From an uncultured Gammaproteobacteria bacterium (GTDB lineage Bacteria; Patescibacteriota; Microgenomatia; Daviesbacterales; UBA10151), in contig CAYHYM010000003.1 of assembly GCA_964360965.1 (NCBI GenBank), forward strand, positions 30,001 through 62,000: a stretch of DNA of 32,000 bases. The letters run 5' to 3'. Both the position numbers and the translations under genes were made by a program. The notes below the pieces were generated by a model. That model was not told the origin of the DNA. It did not search any database and saw only the letters and a list, made by a program, of their open reading frames with translations. Shown here one piece after another: positions 20,830-29,772 of this stretch (position 1 is the stretch's first letter; every line of letters begins with the position of its first letter).

Positions 20830-22369
20830 AGTGACTTTCATCTCTTGACCTGTATTGAAGGGCTTCGGCAATATGTTCAGTTAAAATACTATCCAATCCA
20901 TCAAGATCAGCAATGGTGCGTGATAATTTAAGCACCCTATGATAACCTCTGGCTGATAAATTAATTGATGATATTGCCTGTTTTAAAAGCTCCAACCCTT
21001 CTTGAGTAATTTGGCAAAAATTCTTGATCTCCGCATTTCCCATTTCCGAATTAGTTAAAATATGGCCGGTTTTAAATCTCCCTCTTTGAATCTGGCGGGC
21101 TCTAATTACTCTTTTCCTAATGGCCTTGGAATCCTCAACAGTCAAATCAGCTGATAATTTATCAACATCAACTGCCGGAATTTCCAGATAAATATCAATT
21201 CTATCAAGCAAAGGACCGGAAACTCTACGCTGATATTTGGCAATCTGACCAGGAAAACAACTACATTGACGCTTTTTGTCACCCAAAAACCCGCATGGAC
21301 AGGGATTTTGAGCGGCAAGCAATATAAATTGCGCAGGAAATGTTAAAGTTCCGGCAGCGCGTGAGATGGTAATATGATGATCCTCCAGCGGTTGACGCAA
21401 TGCCTCTAAAACATATCTGGGAAATTCAGGAAACTCATCCAGAAAAAGTACCCCCCTATGAGCCAAAGATATCTCTCCCGGTCTTGGGGTATTTCCTCCG
21501 CCAATAAGACCTATATGAGAAGCGCTGTGATGAGGTGTTCTAAATGGTCTTTGGGTTATCAAAGATTGCCCGTTGCCTAAATTACCGGATATAGAATAAA
21601 TTTTGGTTACCTCTATCGCTTCATCAAAGGTAAGCGGAGGCAGTATTGATGGAAATGATCGGGCAAGCATTGTTTTACCGGCTCCCGGAGGACCCTTTAA
21701 TAGAACATTATGTCCTCCGGCGGCAGCTATCTCCAAAGCTCTTTTGGCGTGCTCCTGTCCTTTAATTTGGGAAAAATCATATCCATAATTTATATCCTCC
21801 TCAAACTCAATTTTTTGAGGTTTAACTGGATTTGTTAATTTTTGACCTAATAAAATTTGAGTTACATCTTTTAAACTATTACATGCCAGTACTTTTACCC
21901 CTTTAACTATTGCTGCCTCCTGTCCATTATCTTTTGGAACAATCATTGTTTTAAAACCCCTCTGTTTGGAAAGTACTGCCAGCGGCAATACTCCCTTAGT
22001 TTTTCTTAAATCACCATCCAAAGACAGCTCACCAACAACCAGGACTCTATCCAAATCCAATCCGTTATCACTACCATTTGGAACCTGTCCTGATGCCAAA
22101 AGCAATCCCAAGGCAATTGGCAAATCATATTGCGGCCCCTCTTTGGGAAGATCTGCGGGAGCAAGATTAACAATTATTTTTCTGGATGGAAAATCACCAC
22201 CTGAGTTTTTGATGGCAGATCTTACTCTTTCCTTTGATTCCTCAACTGCCCGATCAGCCAACCCTACTATGGTAAAAGAGGGCAGCCCTTGTGAGGCAAT
22301 ATCAACTTCTACCTCAATTGGTACTCCATCAAGACCGACATTGGCACCAGATAAAATTTTAGCAAGCAT
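20828..22369 (-). CDS. comM: YifB/ComM family Mg-chelatase-like AAA+ ATPase
   Basis: Lon-like N-domain, Walker A GPPGAGKT, Walker B FLDEFPEF and the C-terminal ChlI-like block. The track start at 22381 is a TTG; ATG 22369 (MLAKIL...) is preferred. Confidence 0.9.
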   Translation of the reverse strand: MLAKILSGANVGLDGVPIEVEVDIASQGLPSFTIVGLADRAVEESKERVRSAIKNSGGDFPSRKIIVNLAPADLPKEGPQYDLPIALGLLLASGQVPNGSDNGLDLDRVLVVGELSLDGDLRKTKGVLPLAVLSKQRGFKTMIVPKDNGQEAAIVKGVKVLACNSLKDVTQILLGQKLTNPVKPQKIEFEEDINYGYDFSQIKGQEHAKRALEIAAAGGHNVLLKGPPGAGKTMLARSFPSILPPLTFDEAIEVTKIYSISGNLGNGQSLITQRPFRTPHHSASHIGLIGGGNTPRPGEISLAHRGVLFLDEFPEFPRYVLEALRQPLEDHHITISRAAGTLTFPAQFILLAAQNPCPCGFLGDKKRQCSCFPGQIAKYQRRVSGPLLDRIDIYLEIPAVDVDKLSADLTVEDSKAIRKRVIRARQIQRGRFKTGHILTNSEMGNAEIKNFCQITQEGLELLKQAISSINLSARGYHRVLKLSRTIADLDGLDSILTEHIAEALQYRSRDESH

Positions 22370-22404
22370 TGGATTTTGCAATCATTATATAGTAAAATGT
22401 ATCT

Positions 22405-22689
22405 GCCTAGGAAGAAGGATGATTGCTACGTTCAGTTTACATGAACGTAGAGGAAAGTCCAGACAGCAAAGAGCAGGGTGTCCGGCGTAAGACGGAGGTC
22501 GTAAGATCCAGTTAGAGCAACAGTGACGAACCGAGGTAATGCTCGGATGAAACGGGCAATCCTCCCCGCTGCAATCCTAGAATCGGTCAGGTTGCTCGCC
22601 TGATGACCGGAGTAAGGAGCATTAGATAAATGATCATCAATCCTGACTAAATCGGGATGAACAGAATCTGGCTTACTCTCATCCTAGGC
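22405..22689 (+). ncRNA. rnpB: RNase P RNA (bacterial type), compact at about 285 nt
   Basis: GAGGAAAGTCCAGAC..GCAGGGTG (P4 5' strand and J4/5 region) lies at 22450-22480. ACAGAATCTGGCTTA (P4 3' strand) lies at 22661-22675. The 5' GCCTAGG..GGATGA pairs with the 3' TCATCCTAGGC (P1), and a T-run follows. Ends are good to about 10 nt. Confidence 0.88.
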
Positions 22690-23652
22690 ACTTTTTTCTT
22701 CTAATACTTCCATCCAAACTACTTGCAAAACAACCACAATCGGTACCGCCAAAAGTGCTCCCCCAAATCCTAAAAGTCTGGTCCCCACAGCCACAGCCAA
22801 AATAATAATTAAGGGATTTAAGCCTACTGCTCTTTTCATAACTTGCGGCACTATCAGATTATTTTCCAGCTGCTGAATAATAAAATACCAACCGACAACA
22901 GCAGCTGTTATAACCGGAGAAATAGTCAGCGCCAAAATAACTGCCGGAATTGCGGCAATGATCGGTCCAATAACCGGCACCACCTCCATGATTGCAGCAA
23001 GTAAAGCCAGAGGTAGCGCATAGGGAATATTTAAAATAATCAGCCCCAAATATACCAGCAATCCAATAATAATACTCAAAAACAACTGGCCCCTTACCCA
23101 TGCTCCCAGCTTTTCCTCTATTCTGATGATAGATTTTCTGATCTGTCCTGATCTTTCTCCAAATAAAGAAGGAGTTTTTTCTTCTAAACTCTCTTTTTCT
23201 AAAAGCAGATAGAAGGTTAAAACTAAAACAAAAATCACCGTGATAAGATTACTGAATACTTCCAGGGTTATGGAAAAGATATTTTTGGAAAGATTGACCA
23301 ATTGTGACTGAAAAACCGTGTCGTTAACATCTGACAGGTTAAATTGATCGGCTAGTAAAGGCGGAAGAGCAGAAATTAACCTGTTGCTTTGTTCAATAAG
23401 CGGCGGCAATAAAATGGCCAAAATGCCTGCCACTGCTGCTATTATGAAAATGTATGAAATGATAATTCCCAATGCTTTAGGCAATTTTAACTTAGTAAAA
23501 AAATTCACCAGAGGAGAAAGAGCAGACATCAAAATTACTGCCACAAATAAAAGGATTAACAGATCTCTTATTAAGTAAAGCACCCAAAGACCCAAAATAA
23601 AAATGGTGATAAAAATAATTGTTTTATGTGAAATATCAATTTTTCTTGGCAT
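22684..23652 (-). CDS. AI-2E family transporter (PerM/UPF0118-like permease)
   Basis: 322 aa polytopic membrane protein. It has the typical AI-2E layout and a C-terminal block (IAAIPAVILAL...QQLENNLIVPQVM...LNPLIIILA). Its start overlaps the miaA stop by 17 nt. Confidence 0.75.
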   Translation of the reverse strand: MPRKIDISHKTIIFITIFILGLWVLYLIRDLLILLFVAVILMSALSPLVNFFTKLKLPKALGIIISYIFIIAAVAGILAILLPPLIEQSNRLISALPPLLADQFNLSDVNDTVFQSQLVNLSKNIFSITLEVFSNLITVIFVLVLTFYLLLEKESLEEKTPSLFGERSGQIRKSIIRIEEKLGAWVRGQLFLSIIIGLLVYLGLIILNIPYALPLALLAAIMEVVPVIGPIIAAIPAVILALTISPVITAAVVGWYFIIQQLENNLIVPQVMKRAVGLNPLIIILAVAVGTRLLGFGGALLAVPIVVVLQVVWMEVLEEKSA

Positions 23653-24661
23653 TTTTTTTATTTATAGCACTATCATACCATTTAGCTACCAAGTTTTCTA
23701 TTTGAAGAGAGTAATCTTTACCTGTAATATCAAACCAATTAATACTCTTTTCCTTTTTAAACCATGTTAGCTGACGTCTTACATAGCCGTGGATTTTGTT
23801 TTGCATTATTCTAATCAGCTCATTCTTATTTTTAATTTTACCCTCCAAATAATCTGCCAAAACTCCATACTCTAACCCTAATTCTCTCATTCTTTTAAGC
23901 GATAAGCCATTTCCATGAAGTTTTTTTGCCTCCTCAATCATCCCCTGGTTTATGCGAGCTACAACTCTCTCATCCACTCTTTGATATAAAATCTTACGCG
24001 GAGCACTCAACCCTATTTTTAAAACATTATAAGATGCAACACCACCTCGGAGGTGGCCCGCTTCGCAGCGAGGCGAGCCGTAAGGACTCCTCCTAGGTGA
24101 AATATCAAGCTCGATTGCCCTTATTAACCTTCTTGAATTCTCCCTATCAGATTGATTTAAACTTTCCCATTTTTCAGGAGAAACCTTTTTTAACTTTTCT
24201 TGTAACTCTGCTTTAGATAATTTAGCCAGTCTATTTCTTAATTTTTTATCTACAGGTATGGCCAAATTTGGCAACCCCTCAAATATCGCTTTTAGATATA
24301 AACCTGTGCCACCCACTATAATTGGCAGCTTCCCCTTTGCCCTAATTTCCCCAATCACCCTGTCTGCATCTTTAACATAATCAGCCACACTGTATTGTTT
24401 TTTTGGAGAAACCACATCATACATCCAAATTTTTATTCCATCTATTTCCCAATAACCTATATCATTAGACCTACAAGGTCTTATGCGTTTGACCTCATAG
24501 GTCGAATTAGATGGCATCTTGCCGGTGCCTATATCCAGTCCCCCATATATTTGTCTGGAATCACAAGATACCAACTCACCATTAAATTTCTTGGCCAAGT
24601 AAAGTGCCAAATCAGTTTTACCTGTAGCGGTCGGTCCCAAAATAACTAAAAGTTTTTTCAT
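23636..24661 (-). CDS. miaA: tRNA dimethylallyltransferase
   Basis: P-loop ILGPTATGKT, then CDSRQIYGGLDIGTGK and later RRQLTWF. It contains a 58-nt in-frame composite repeat at 24042-24099. Confidence 0.88.
   Translation of the reverse strand: MKKLLVILGPTATGKTDLALYLAKKFNGELVSCDSRQIYGGLDIGTGKMPSNSTYEVKRIRPCRSNDIGYWEIDGIKIWMYDVVSPKKQYSVADYVKDADRVIGEIRAKGKLPIIVGGTGLYLKAIFEGLPNLAIPVDKKLRNRLAKLSKAELQEKLKKVSPEKWESLNQSDRENSRRLIRAIELDISPRRSPYGSPRCEAGHLRGGVASYNVLKIGLSAPRKILYQRVDERVVARINQGMIEEAKKLHGNGLSLKRMRELGLEYGVLADYLEGKIKNKNELIRIMQNKIHGYVRRQLTWFKKEKSINWFDITGKDYSLQIENLVAKWYDSAINKKNAKKN
24042..24099. repeat. full-length composite palindromic element (class 1 termini plus class 2 core), in frame in miaA
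   Basis: CCACCTCGGAGGTGG-CCCGCTTCGCAGCGAGGCGAG-CCGTAAG-GACTCCTCCTAGGTG. The termini are imperfect inverted repeats and the central part is a CGCTTCG/CGAGGCG hairpin. It is read as SPRRSPYGSPRCEAGHLRGG. Confidence 0.8.
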
Positions 24662-24671
24662 AATTATCCCT

Positions 24672-24677
24672 TATAAT
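24672..24677 (+). promoter_or_regulatory. perfect TATAAT, 6 nt before ATG 24684
   Basis: CTTATAATTGATATATG. There is no SD. Confidence 0.45.
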
Positions 24678-24683
24678 TGATAT

Positions 24684-25913
24684 ATGGCTAGAAATATTAT
24701 ACTGTCTTATCTATTTCTTTTTTTAGTTGTCATAACATTACTACTTTTAGCCACTCATCCAGCTTATTATCCTCATTTACAAACAGATGTTTTTGTTTTT
24801 TACCAGAGGACTTCTTTTTTTATTAGCAACTTTTATTTAACTAATTTAACTGGTAATGAATACCCACCAGGAGCAATGCTATTTTTTATACTGACTTCTC
24901 CACTGCTATTGATTAATAACTCTTTTGAAACCTATAAATTAGTATTATTTATAGCCAACTTTATACTAATATTTTTTCTGTCAGTAATTTATATAAAATT
25001 TACCAAAGCGGAAAATATTATAATTTTTGCAATTATTTTATTATTTACAGGACCAATTATATTTTTTAGGTTTGACCTGTTAGTAGTAGCTCTGGTTGCT
25101 CTATCTTTTTATTTATGGAAAGAAAAAAAGACTGCCTTGTCTTTATTTTTATTATCATTTGCTACTTTAATTAAAGTATATCCCATCATATTTATACCTT
25201 ATCTATTAATTTTAAGTTATAAAAATAATGGCTTAAATCAAATTGTAAAGAATTTTTTAATCTATTTGTTGGGAATTATATTTCTGGTATCTCTGTATCT
25301 TTTTATTTTTCAAGCTGACATCAAAAATTTATACTACAGCTTAAATTACCATACATTGAAGCCTATCGGTCTAGAAAGTGTCTGGGCAACCATCATAATG
25401 TTAATCACTTATTTTAAAAATGGCACAAATTTTCAAATTATTACCTCAGAAGGTATCTGGGGAATTTCCAGTAATCTTCAAATTGCTCCGTTGTGGTTAT
25501 ATAATTATATATGGATTGTCCCTTTGGCACTTCTACATCTTTGGTTTATCAAAAAAATTAACAATAAACTGCTTAATTTTGATATTAAATTCTGCCTAAT
25601 AAATATTTTACTGTTTTTACTTTTCTCCAAAGTAATCGCGCCTCAATATATTTTGTGGTTTTCTTTACTTTTACCTCTGGTAGATATTAAAAACTTAATC
25701 TTCAAAACTGAATGGATTATTAATCTATTCCTCATTTTATTGATTGTATTTTTGTATCAGTACATATATCCGTTAAATTATAGTGAATGGTTAAACATGT
25801 TCAAACTCAATATGGGAATAGCTCCTCTTTTTCTTATCAATGCTTTACGTAATTTTCTATTAGTATTATTAGCAGTTAGATTATTCAACCAGCTAAAATC
25901 AGCATATGCTTAA
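24684..25913 (+). CDS. polytopic membrane protein, GT-C-fold glycosyltransferase-like (DUF2029/GT87-like)
   Basis: 409 aa with more than 10 predicted TM helices and very low GC. The LIKVYPIIFIPYLL-type loop is reminiscent of DUF2029. It is coupled by an 8-nt overlap to the PMT-like gene. The family assignment is tentative. Confidence 0.5.
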   Translation: MARNIILSYLFLFLVVITLLLLATHPAYYPHLQTDVFVFYQRTSFFISNFYLTNLTGNEYPPGAMLFFILTSPLLLINNSFETYKLVLFIANFILIFFLSVIYIKFTKAENIIIFAIILLFTGPIIFFRFDLLVVALVALSFYLWKEKKTALSLFLLSFATLIKVYPIIFIPYLLILSYKNNGLNQIVKNFLIYLLGIIFLVSLYLFIFQADIKNLYYSLNYHTLKPIGLESVWATIIMLITYFKNGTNFQIITSEGIWGISSNLQIAPLWLYNYIWIVPLALLHLWFIKKINNKLLNFDIKFCLINILLFLLFSKVIAPQYILWFSLLLPLVDIKNLIFKTEWIINLFLILLIVFLYQYIYPLNYSEWLNMFKLNMGIAPLFLINALRNFLLVLLAVRLFNQLKSAYA

Positions 25914-27144
25914 AAAAATTATCAGAACAAAAAATCTTTTAATAATTCTCTTAATCTTTACAGCCATAACTAGACTTTATAATTTAAATTATCCCAATAC
26001 TTATATTTTTGATGAAGTTTATCACGGCTTTACAGCCAAAGAATATTTAAAGGGTAATAAAGAAGCATGGAGCCCTTGGGGTAAATCTGAACCAGGTGTT
26101 GCTTTTGAATGGTTACATCCTCCTATTTCCAAAGAAATAATGACTGCCTCAATGTTTGTGTTGGGGAGTACTGATGCCTGGGCATGGAGATTACCAGGAA
26201 TACTTTTGGGAGTATTAAGCGTTTTTCTAGTATATAAATTGGGTCTTCTCCTTTTCAAAAAAGAATCCGCAGCCTTAATCTCTGCGTTTGTTTTTTCCAT
26301 TGACGGACTAAATTTTGTCCAATCTAGAACCGGCATGAACGATGCTTATCTGGTAGCTTTTGTTTTAACAAGCATTATCTTCTTTCTTAAAGAAAAATAT
26401 ATTCTTTCAGCATTATTTATGGGGGCTGCTTTAGCAACAAAATGGCCCGGTATATTTCTAGCTTTAATCTATTTCCCCATTCTATGGTCTCAGCGCAGTT
26501 TTAAACGATTATCTTATTTTATATTAATTCCTCTAATTATTTACCTACTAAGCTATTTGCCTTATTTTTTAATTGGCTATGGGTGGACAGATTTTGTAGA
26601 ATTACATCAACAAATTTGGTGGTATCAAACTAACCTTAAGGCTACTCATGATTATGCTTCACCTTGGTGGTCCTGGCCTCTCAATTTATATCCTGTCTGG
26701 TATTTTGTGGATTATCAGAAAGACAAAATTGCCAATATTTTTGCCTCAGGAAATCCACTGGTGTTTTGGTTTGGAACACTTGCAATAATTTTAACAGCGT
26801 GGGAAGTAATCAAAGGATTTATCCTAAACTCAAGTCGAGAAGTTACCCAAAATTTATTAATCATTTTAGCTGGTTTTTTCATTTTTTGGCTGCCATGGGC
26901 AGTCTCCCCCAGAATTATGTTTTTATATCATTTTTCCCCGGCAGTTCCGTTTTTATCACTTGCTTTGGGATACCAACTCAATCAATTAAGCAAAATAAAA
27001 AATGGGACAACCTTAGTAATTATTGCCTTACTACTCATGATTATTAGCTTTTTATTTTTATATCCCTTCTTGACAGGAATTCCTTTACCTAAAGATTTAG
27101 CTAATTTATTCTTTTTAACAAACCTATCTAAAAACCCCTTTTAA
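25906..27144 (+). CDS. phospholipid-carrier-dependent glycosyltransferase (PMT/GT39-like)
   Basis: The first-loop acidic motif IFDEVYHGFTAKEY is the DE motif of protein O-mannosyltransferase-like GT-C enzymes. The protein is polytopic with a C-terminal PMT_4TMC-like block. Confidence 0.7.
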   Translation: MLKKIIRTKNLLIILLIFTAITRLYNLNYPNTYIFDEVYHGFTAKEYLKGNKEAWSPWGKSEPGVAFEWLHPPISKEIMTASMFVLGSTDAWAWRLPGILLGVLSVFLVYKLGLLLFKKESAALISAFVFSIDGLNFVQSRTGMNDAYLVAFVLTSIIFFLKEKYILSALFMGAALATKWPGIFLALIYFPILWSQRSFKRLSYFILIPLIIYLLSYLPYFLIGYGWTDFVELHQQIWWYQTNLKATHDYASPWWSWPLNLYPVWYFVDYQKDKIANIFASGNPLVFWFGTLAIILTAWEVIKGFILNSSREVTQNLLIILAGFFIFWLPWAVSPRIMFLYHFSPAVPFLSLALGYQLNQLSKIKNGTTLVIIALLLMIISFLFLYPFLTGIPLPKDLANLFFLTNLSKNPF

Positions 27145-27200
27145 ATAAATTTAGGAACCAACGTCTCATATAATCTTTGACGACGACCCCACTGTCAAAC

Positions 27201-27983
27201 TTAACTGCTGGCTGAGGAATATTGTTTTAATGACCAGTTCCATACTTTTAATGATACATAAAATAAAACTAGAGAGAAAATAACAGCATAGGCAATAAGC
27301 TCAGGTGAAAGCAGGCCTAAAAGAGATTTAACCGGAAAACTCATCATTATCCCCACCGGTATGGCAAAAGTTAAAATCCCCCTGATTGGTTCACTATAAA
27401 TATCAATTGGCATTCTGCCCATACTCGTAAAATCCCGATACATCATAATGGCATGATCAATCTCTGTTGTTAAAATTGCCAAAGATAAAACCAGGATATG
27501 AAATGATAAGGCAATGATAAACCCTGCTGCCACCAGCAGGATATAAATTAAGACACCGCCAAATTCAGCAATCTGCAACCTGTTTATAAAATAAATTATT
27601 GCACCCATAAGTGGTATCAGGGTGATAAAATCCAAAAGATCAGGTCCTACTGCCAGTGATCTAAAAAGAGCATTAATCGGTTTAATAAGATAAAAATCAA
27701 ATGTGCCGGATACAACTGCGCTTCTAAATCTGTAAACTTCCCTAAAGAAAAGTTGGGCCAAAATATCTATTAAATTAAATGTTAAAAAGAAAAAAATGGT
27801 TTGATCCAGACTATATCCTGCCAAAGCATTTATTTTTTTAAGTAAAATGACAATAAAGAATGTAAAAATACCAAATCGCAGTATCTTACCGACCAGAAAA
27901 ATAGCCAGACTCCAGCGAACCATCAGCTGGGTCTGAAAAGAATTAATGGCAAATAACCACCACACTTTTAAATATTTAACCAT
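27201..27983 (-). CDS. ABC-2 family transporter permease (DUF990-like)
   Basis: 260 aa, six TM segments, last gene of an ATPase-permease-permease operon. Confidence 0.65.
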   Translation of the reverse strand: MVKYLKVWWLFAINSFQTQLMVRWSLAIFLVGKILRFGIFTFFIVILLKKINALAGYSLDQTIFFFLTFNLIDILAQLFFREVYRFRSAVVSGTFDFYLIKPINALFRSLAVGPDLLDFITLIPLMGAIIYFINRLQIAEFGGVLIYILLVAAGFIIALSFHILVLSLAILTTEIDHAIMMYRDFTSMGRMPIDIYSEPIRGILTFAIPVGIMMSFPVKSLLGLLSPELIAYAVIFSLVLFYVSLKVWNWSLKQYSSASS

Positions 27984-27984
27984 G

Positions 27985-28779
27985 TTAGTGCCCTACAGCT
28001 GTGTAAATTTTAAGTCCTTTCTCTAAAGTTTTAATCATTAAAAACCACAAAGTAATAACCCAAAAAACTAAAACTGAAAACCCTTGGATAATTTCAACTG
28101 ATGGCATGGTACCCAAATATAACTTAGAAGGAAAATAAATAAGATAAGGAAAGGGTGTCAGCAGAATAATTTGAGATAAAGGATTGGGCAAGATATCTAT
28201 GGGAAAAAGTCCTCCTCCCAAACCTTCTAAAAAAATCATCAGTAAGAAAAATGGCCCCCAGCTATTTTCTACCCAAAAAGCTGTCATTCCCAAAATAAAA
28301 CTAATTGTAAAATACAGTATCATTCCCAAAATTGCGGAAAGGATAAAAAGAGTCAAAAAAAAAGTGTCAGTTTGAAAAGCAATCTGAGGTTTGAGTAAAA
28401 AAATCAGCATGGTTATCTCCACTGCCACAAATGAAATATTAAGAAGCTTATCAGCTAAATCTCTGGTAAAATAATAAGTAATAAAATCCAAAGGTTTAAT
28501 TAAAAAATTTACAATACTGCCTTCATTAATCTGCCCTGCCACATCCATCACCCGGGATGAAAGAATGATGGCTCTTATCAGTGCTGCCACCAAAATATAG
28601 GTTAGTATCAAAGATTGTGTATACCCAAAAATTTGCTCTTGATTTTGAAAAACAGTCCACCAGATAAAATATGCCAAAAGCAGCTGCAAAATTGACCTTA
28701 CTCTCCACAGAGCAAAATTTAACCTATAAACCAATCCTTGCTCCCAAGTAATTTTAAAAACAGCCAAATATTTACTCAT
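27985..28779 (-). CDS. ABC-2 family transporter permease (DUF990-like)
   Basis: 264 aa, six TM segments, 4-nt overlap with the ATPase gene stop. Confidence 0.65.
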   Translation of the reverse strand: MSKYLAVFKITWEQGLVYRLNFALWRVRSILQLLLAYFIWWTVFQNQEQIFGYTQSLILTYILVAALIRAIILSSRVMDVAGQINEGSIVNFLIKPLDFITYYFTRDLADKLLNISFVAVEITMLIFLLKPQIAFQTDTFFLTLFILSAILGMILYFTISFILGMTAFWVENSWGPFFLLMIFLEGLGGGLFPIDILPNPLSQIILLTPFPYLIYFPSKLYLGTMPSVEIIQGFSVLVFWVITLWFLMIKTLEKGLKIYTAVGH

Positions 28780-29753
28780 GAGCTTTTGCTGAATACCTTT
28801 CTTATGACATCTTCAATCGGAGGCTCTTCAATAGTTAAGTCTAAAACCGGGAAACTATTAAGAAGTTTGCTTGTTCTGTTGGGCACTTCATCTCTGGGGA
28901 CATGAATTAAGGCATGATGATTGTCAAATTCTCTAACTTGCCCTATACCCTCCAACTTCTTCTGATCTATCTGGCCTTCAAATTCAATATTTATTACTTT
29001 GTGGGACACAAATTTTTCTACAATATCCTCAAGCAATCCATCATATAAAATCTTCCCCTGATCTATAATAATTACCCTTTGGCAAAGTTCTTTAACATCA
29101 CCCATATAATGGGATGTTAATATAATGGTGGCTTTGTATTTTTGATTATATTGTTTAATAAAATCGCGCATTCTCTTTTGCGCCACCACATCTAAACCTA
29201 TGGTTGGCTCATCCAAAAATAAAATTTTGGGTGAGTGCAAAAGTGCTGCCACCAGTTCACATTTCATCCTCTCTCCCAAAGATAATTTTCTTACCTGGAC
29301 ATTTAACAGGTTTTCTATCTCAAGCATTTCCGACAATTCAGCAACTACTTTTTTAAACTGCTCACCAGACACCTCGTAAATTTCTTTATTTAATACAAAA
29401 CTTTCCCAAGCCGGCAGATCCCACCATAGCTGATTTCTTTGTCCCATCACCAGAGCAAATTGTTTTTGAAAATCGGATTGGCGCTTAAATGGTTCATATC
29501 CCAAAACACTGACAAATCCTGATCCGGGATATAACAGTCCGGAAAGTACTTTTAAGGTGGTCGTTTTACCTGCTCCATTGGGACCAATGAACCCTACCAG
29601 CTCACCTTCATTTATTTCAAAAGATACCCCGTCAACCGCTTTTACATCTACATATTTTCTTTTAAGTAGTGATTTTAGGGAACCCAAAAATCCCGGATCT
29701 TTTTGATGAACAGAATAGTATTTTTTTAAATTTTTAACGGAGATAATACTCAC
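28776..29753 (-). CDS. ABC transporter ATP-binding protein
   Basis: Walker A GPNGAGKTT, signature LSLGERMK and Walker B ILFLDEPT. It uses a GTG start that lies 7 nt below an extended -10 (TGGTAATAT). Confidence 0.9.
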   Translation of the reverse strand: MSIISVKNLKKYYSVHQKDPGFLGSLKSLLKRKYVDVKAVDGVSFEINEGELVGFIGPNGAGKTTTLKVLSGLLYPGSGFVSVLGYEPFKRQSDFQKQFALVMGQRNQLWWDLPAWESFVLNKEIYEVSGEQFKKVVAELSEMLEIENLLNVQVRKLSLGERMKCELVAALLHSPKILFLDEPTIGLDVVAQKRMRDFIKQYNQKYKATIILTSHYMGDVKELCQRVIIIDQGKILYDGLLEDIVEKFVSHKVINIEFEGQIDQKKLEGIGQVREFDNHHALIHVPRDEVPNRTSKLLNSFPVLDLTIEEPPIEDVIRKVFSKSS

Positions 29754-29760
29754 TAAGTAG

Positions 29761-29769
29761 ATATTACCA
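29761..29769 (-). promoter_or_regulatory. extended -10 TGGTAATAT, 7 nt before the GTG start of the ABC ATPase
   Basis: The minus strand reads GTGGTAATATCTACTTAGTG. Confidence 0.45.
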
Positions 29770-29772
29770 CAA

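Noticed and set aside
21966-22490. 174-aa plus-strand ORF
   Set aside because: Its first part is antisense to comM and its last 90 nt run through the conserved 5' region of RNase P RNA (GAGGAAAGTCC). It is an artefact of open antisense frames.
3809-24099. Whether the short GC-rich repeats form a CRISPR array
   Set aside because: The copies are kilobases apart, lie inside conserved genes, differ in sequence and are internally palindromic composites. There is no regular repeat-spacer periodicity and no cas genes.
27145-27200. Hairpin TTTGAC-N12-GTCAAA between the convergent GT39 and ABC permease genes, considered as a terminator
   Set aside because: The stem is only 6 bp and AT-rich, the loop is 12 nt, and no T-run follows on either strand. 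It is too weak to call.
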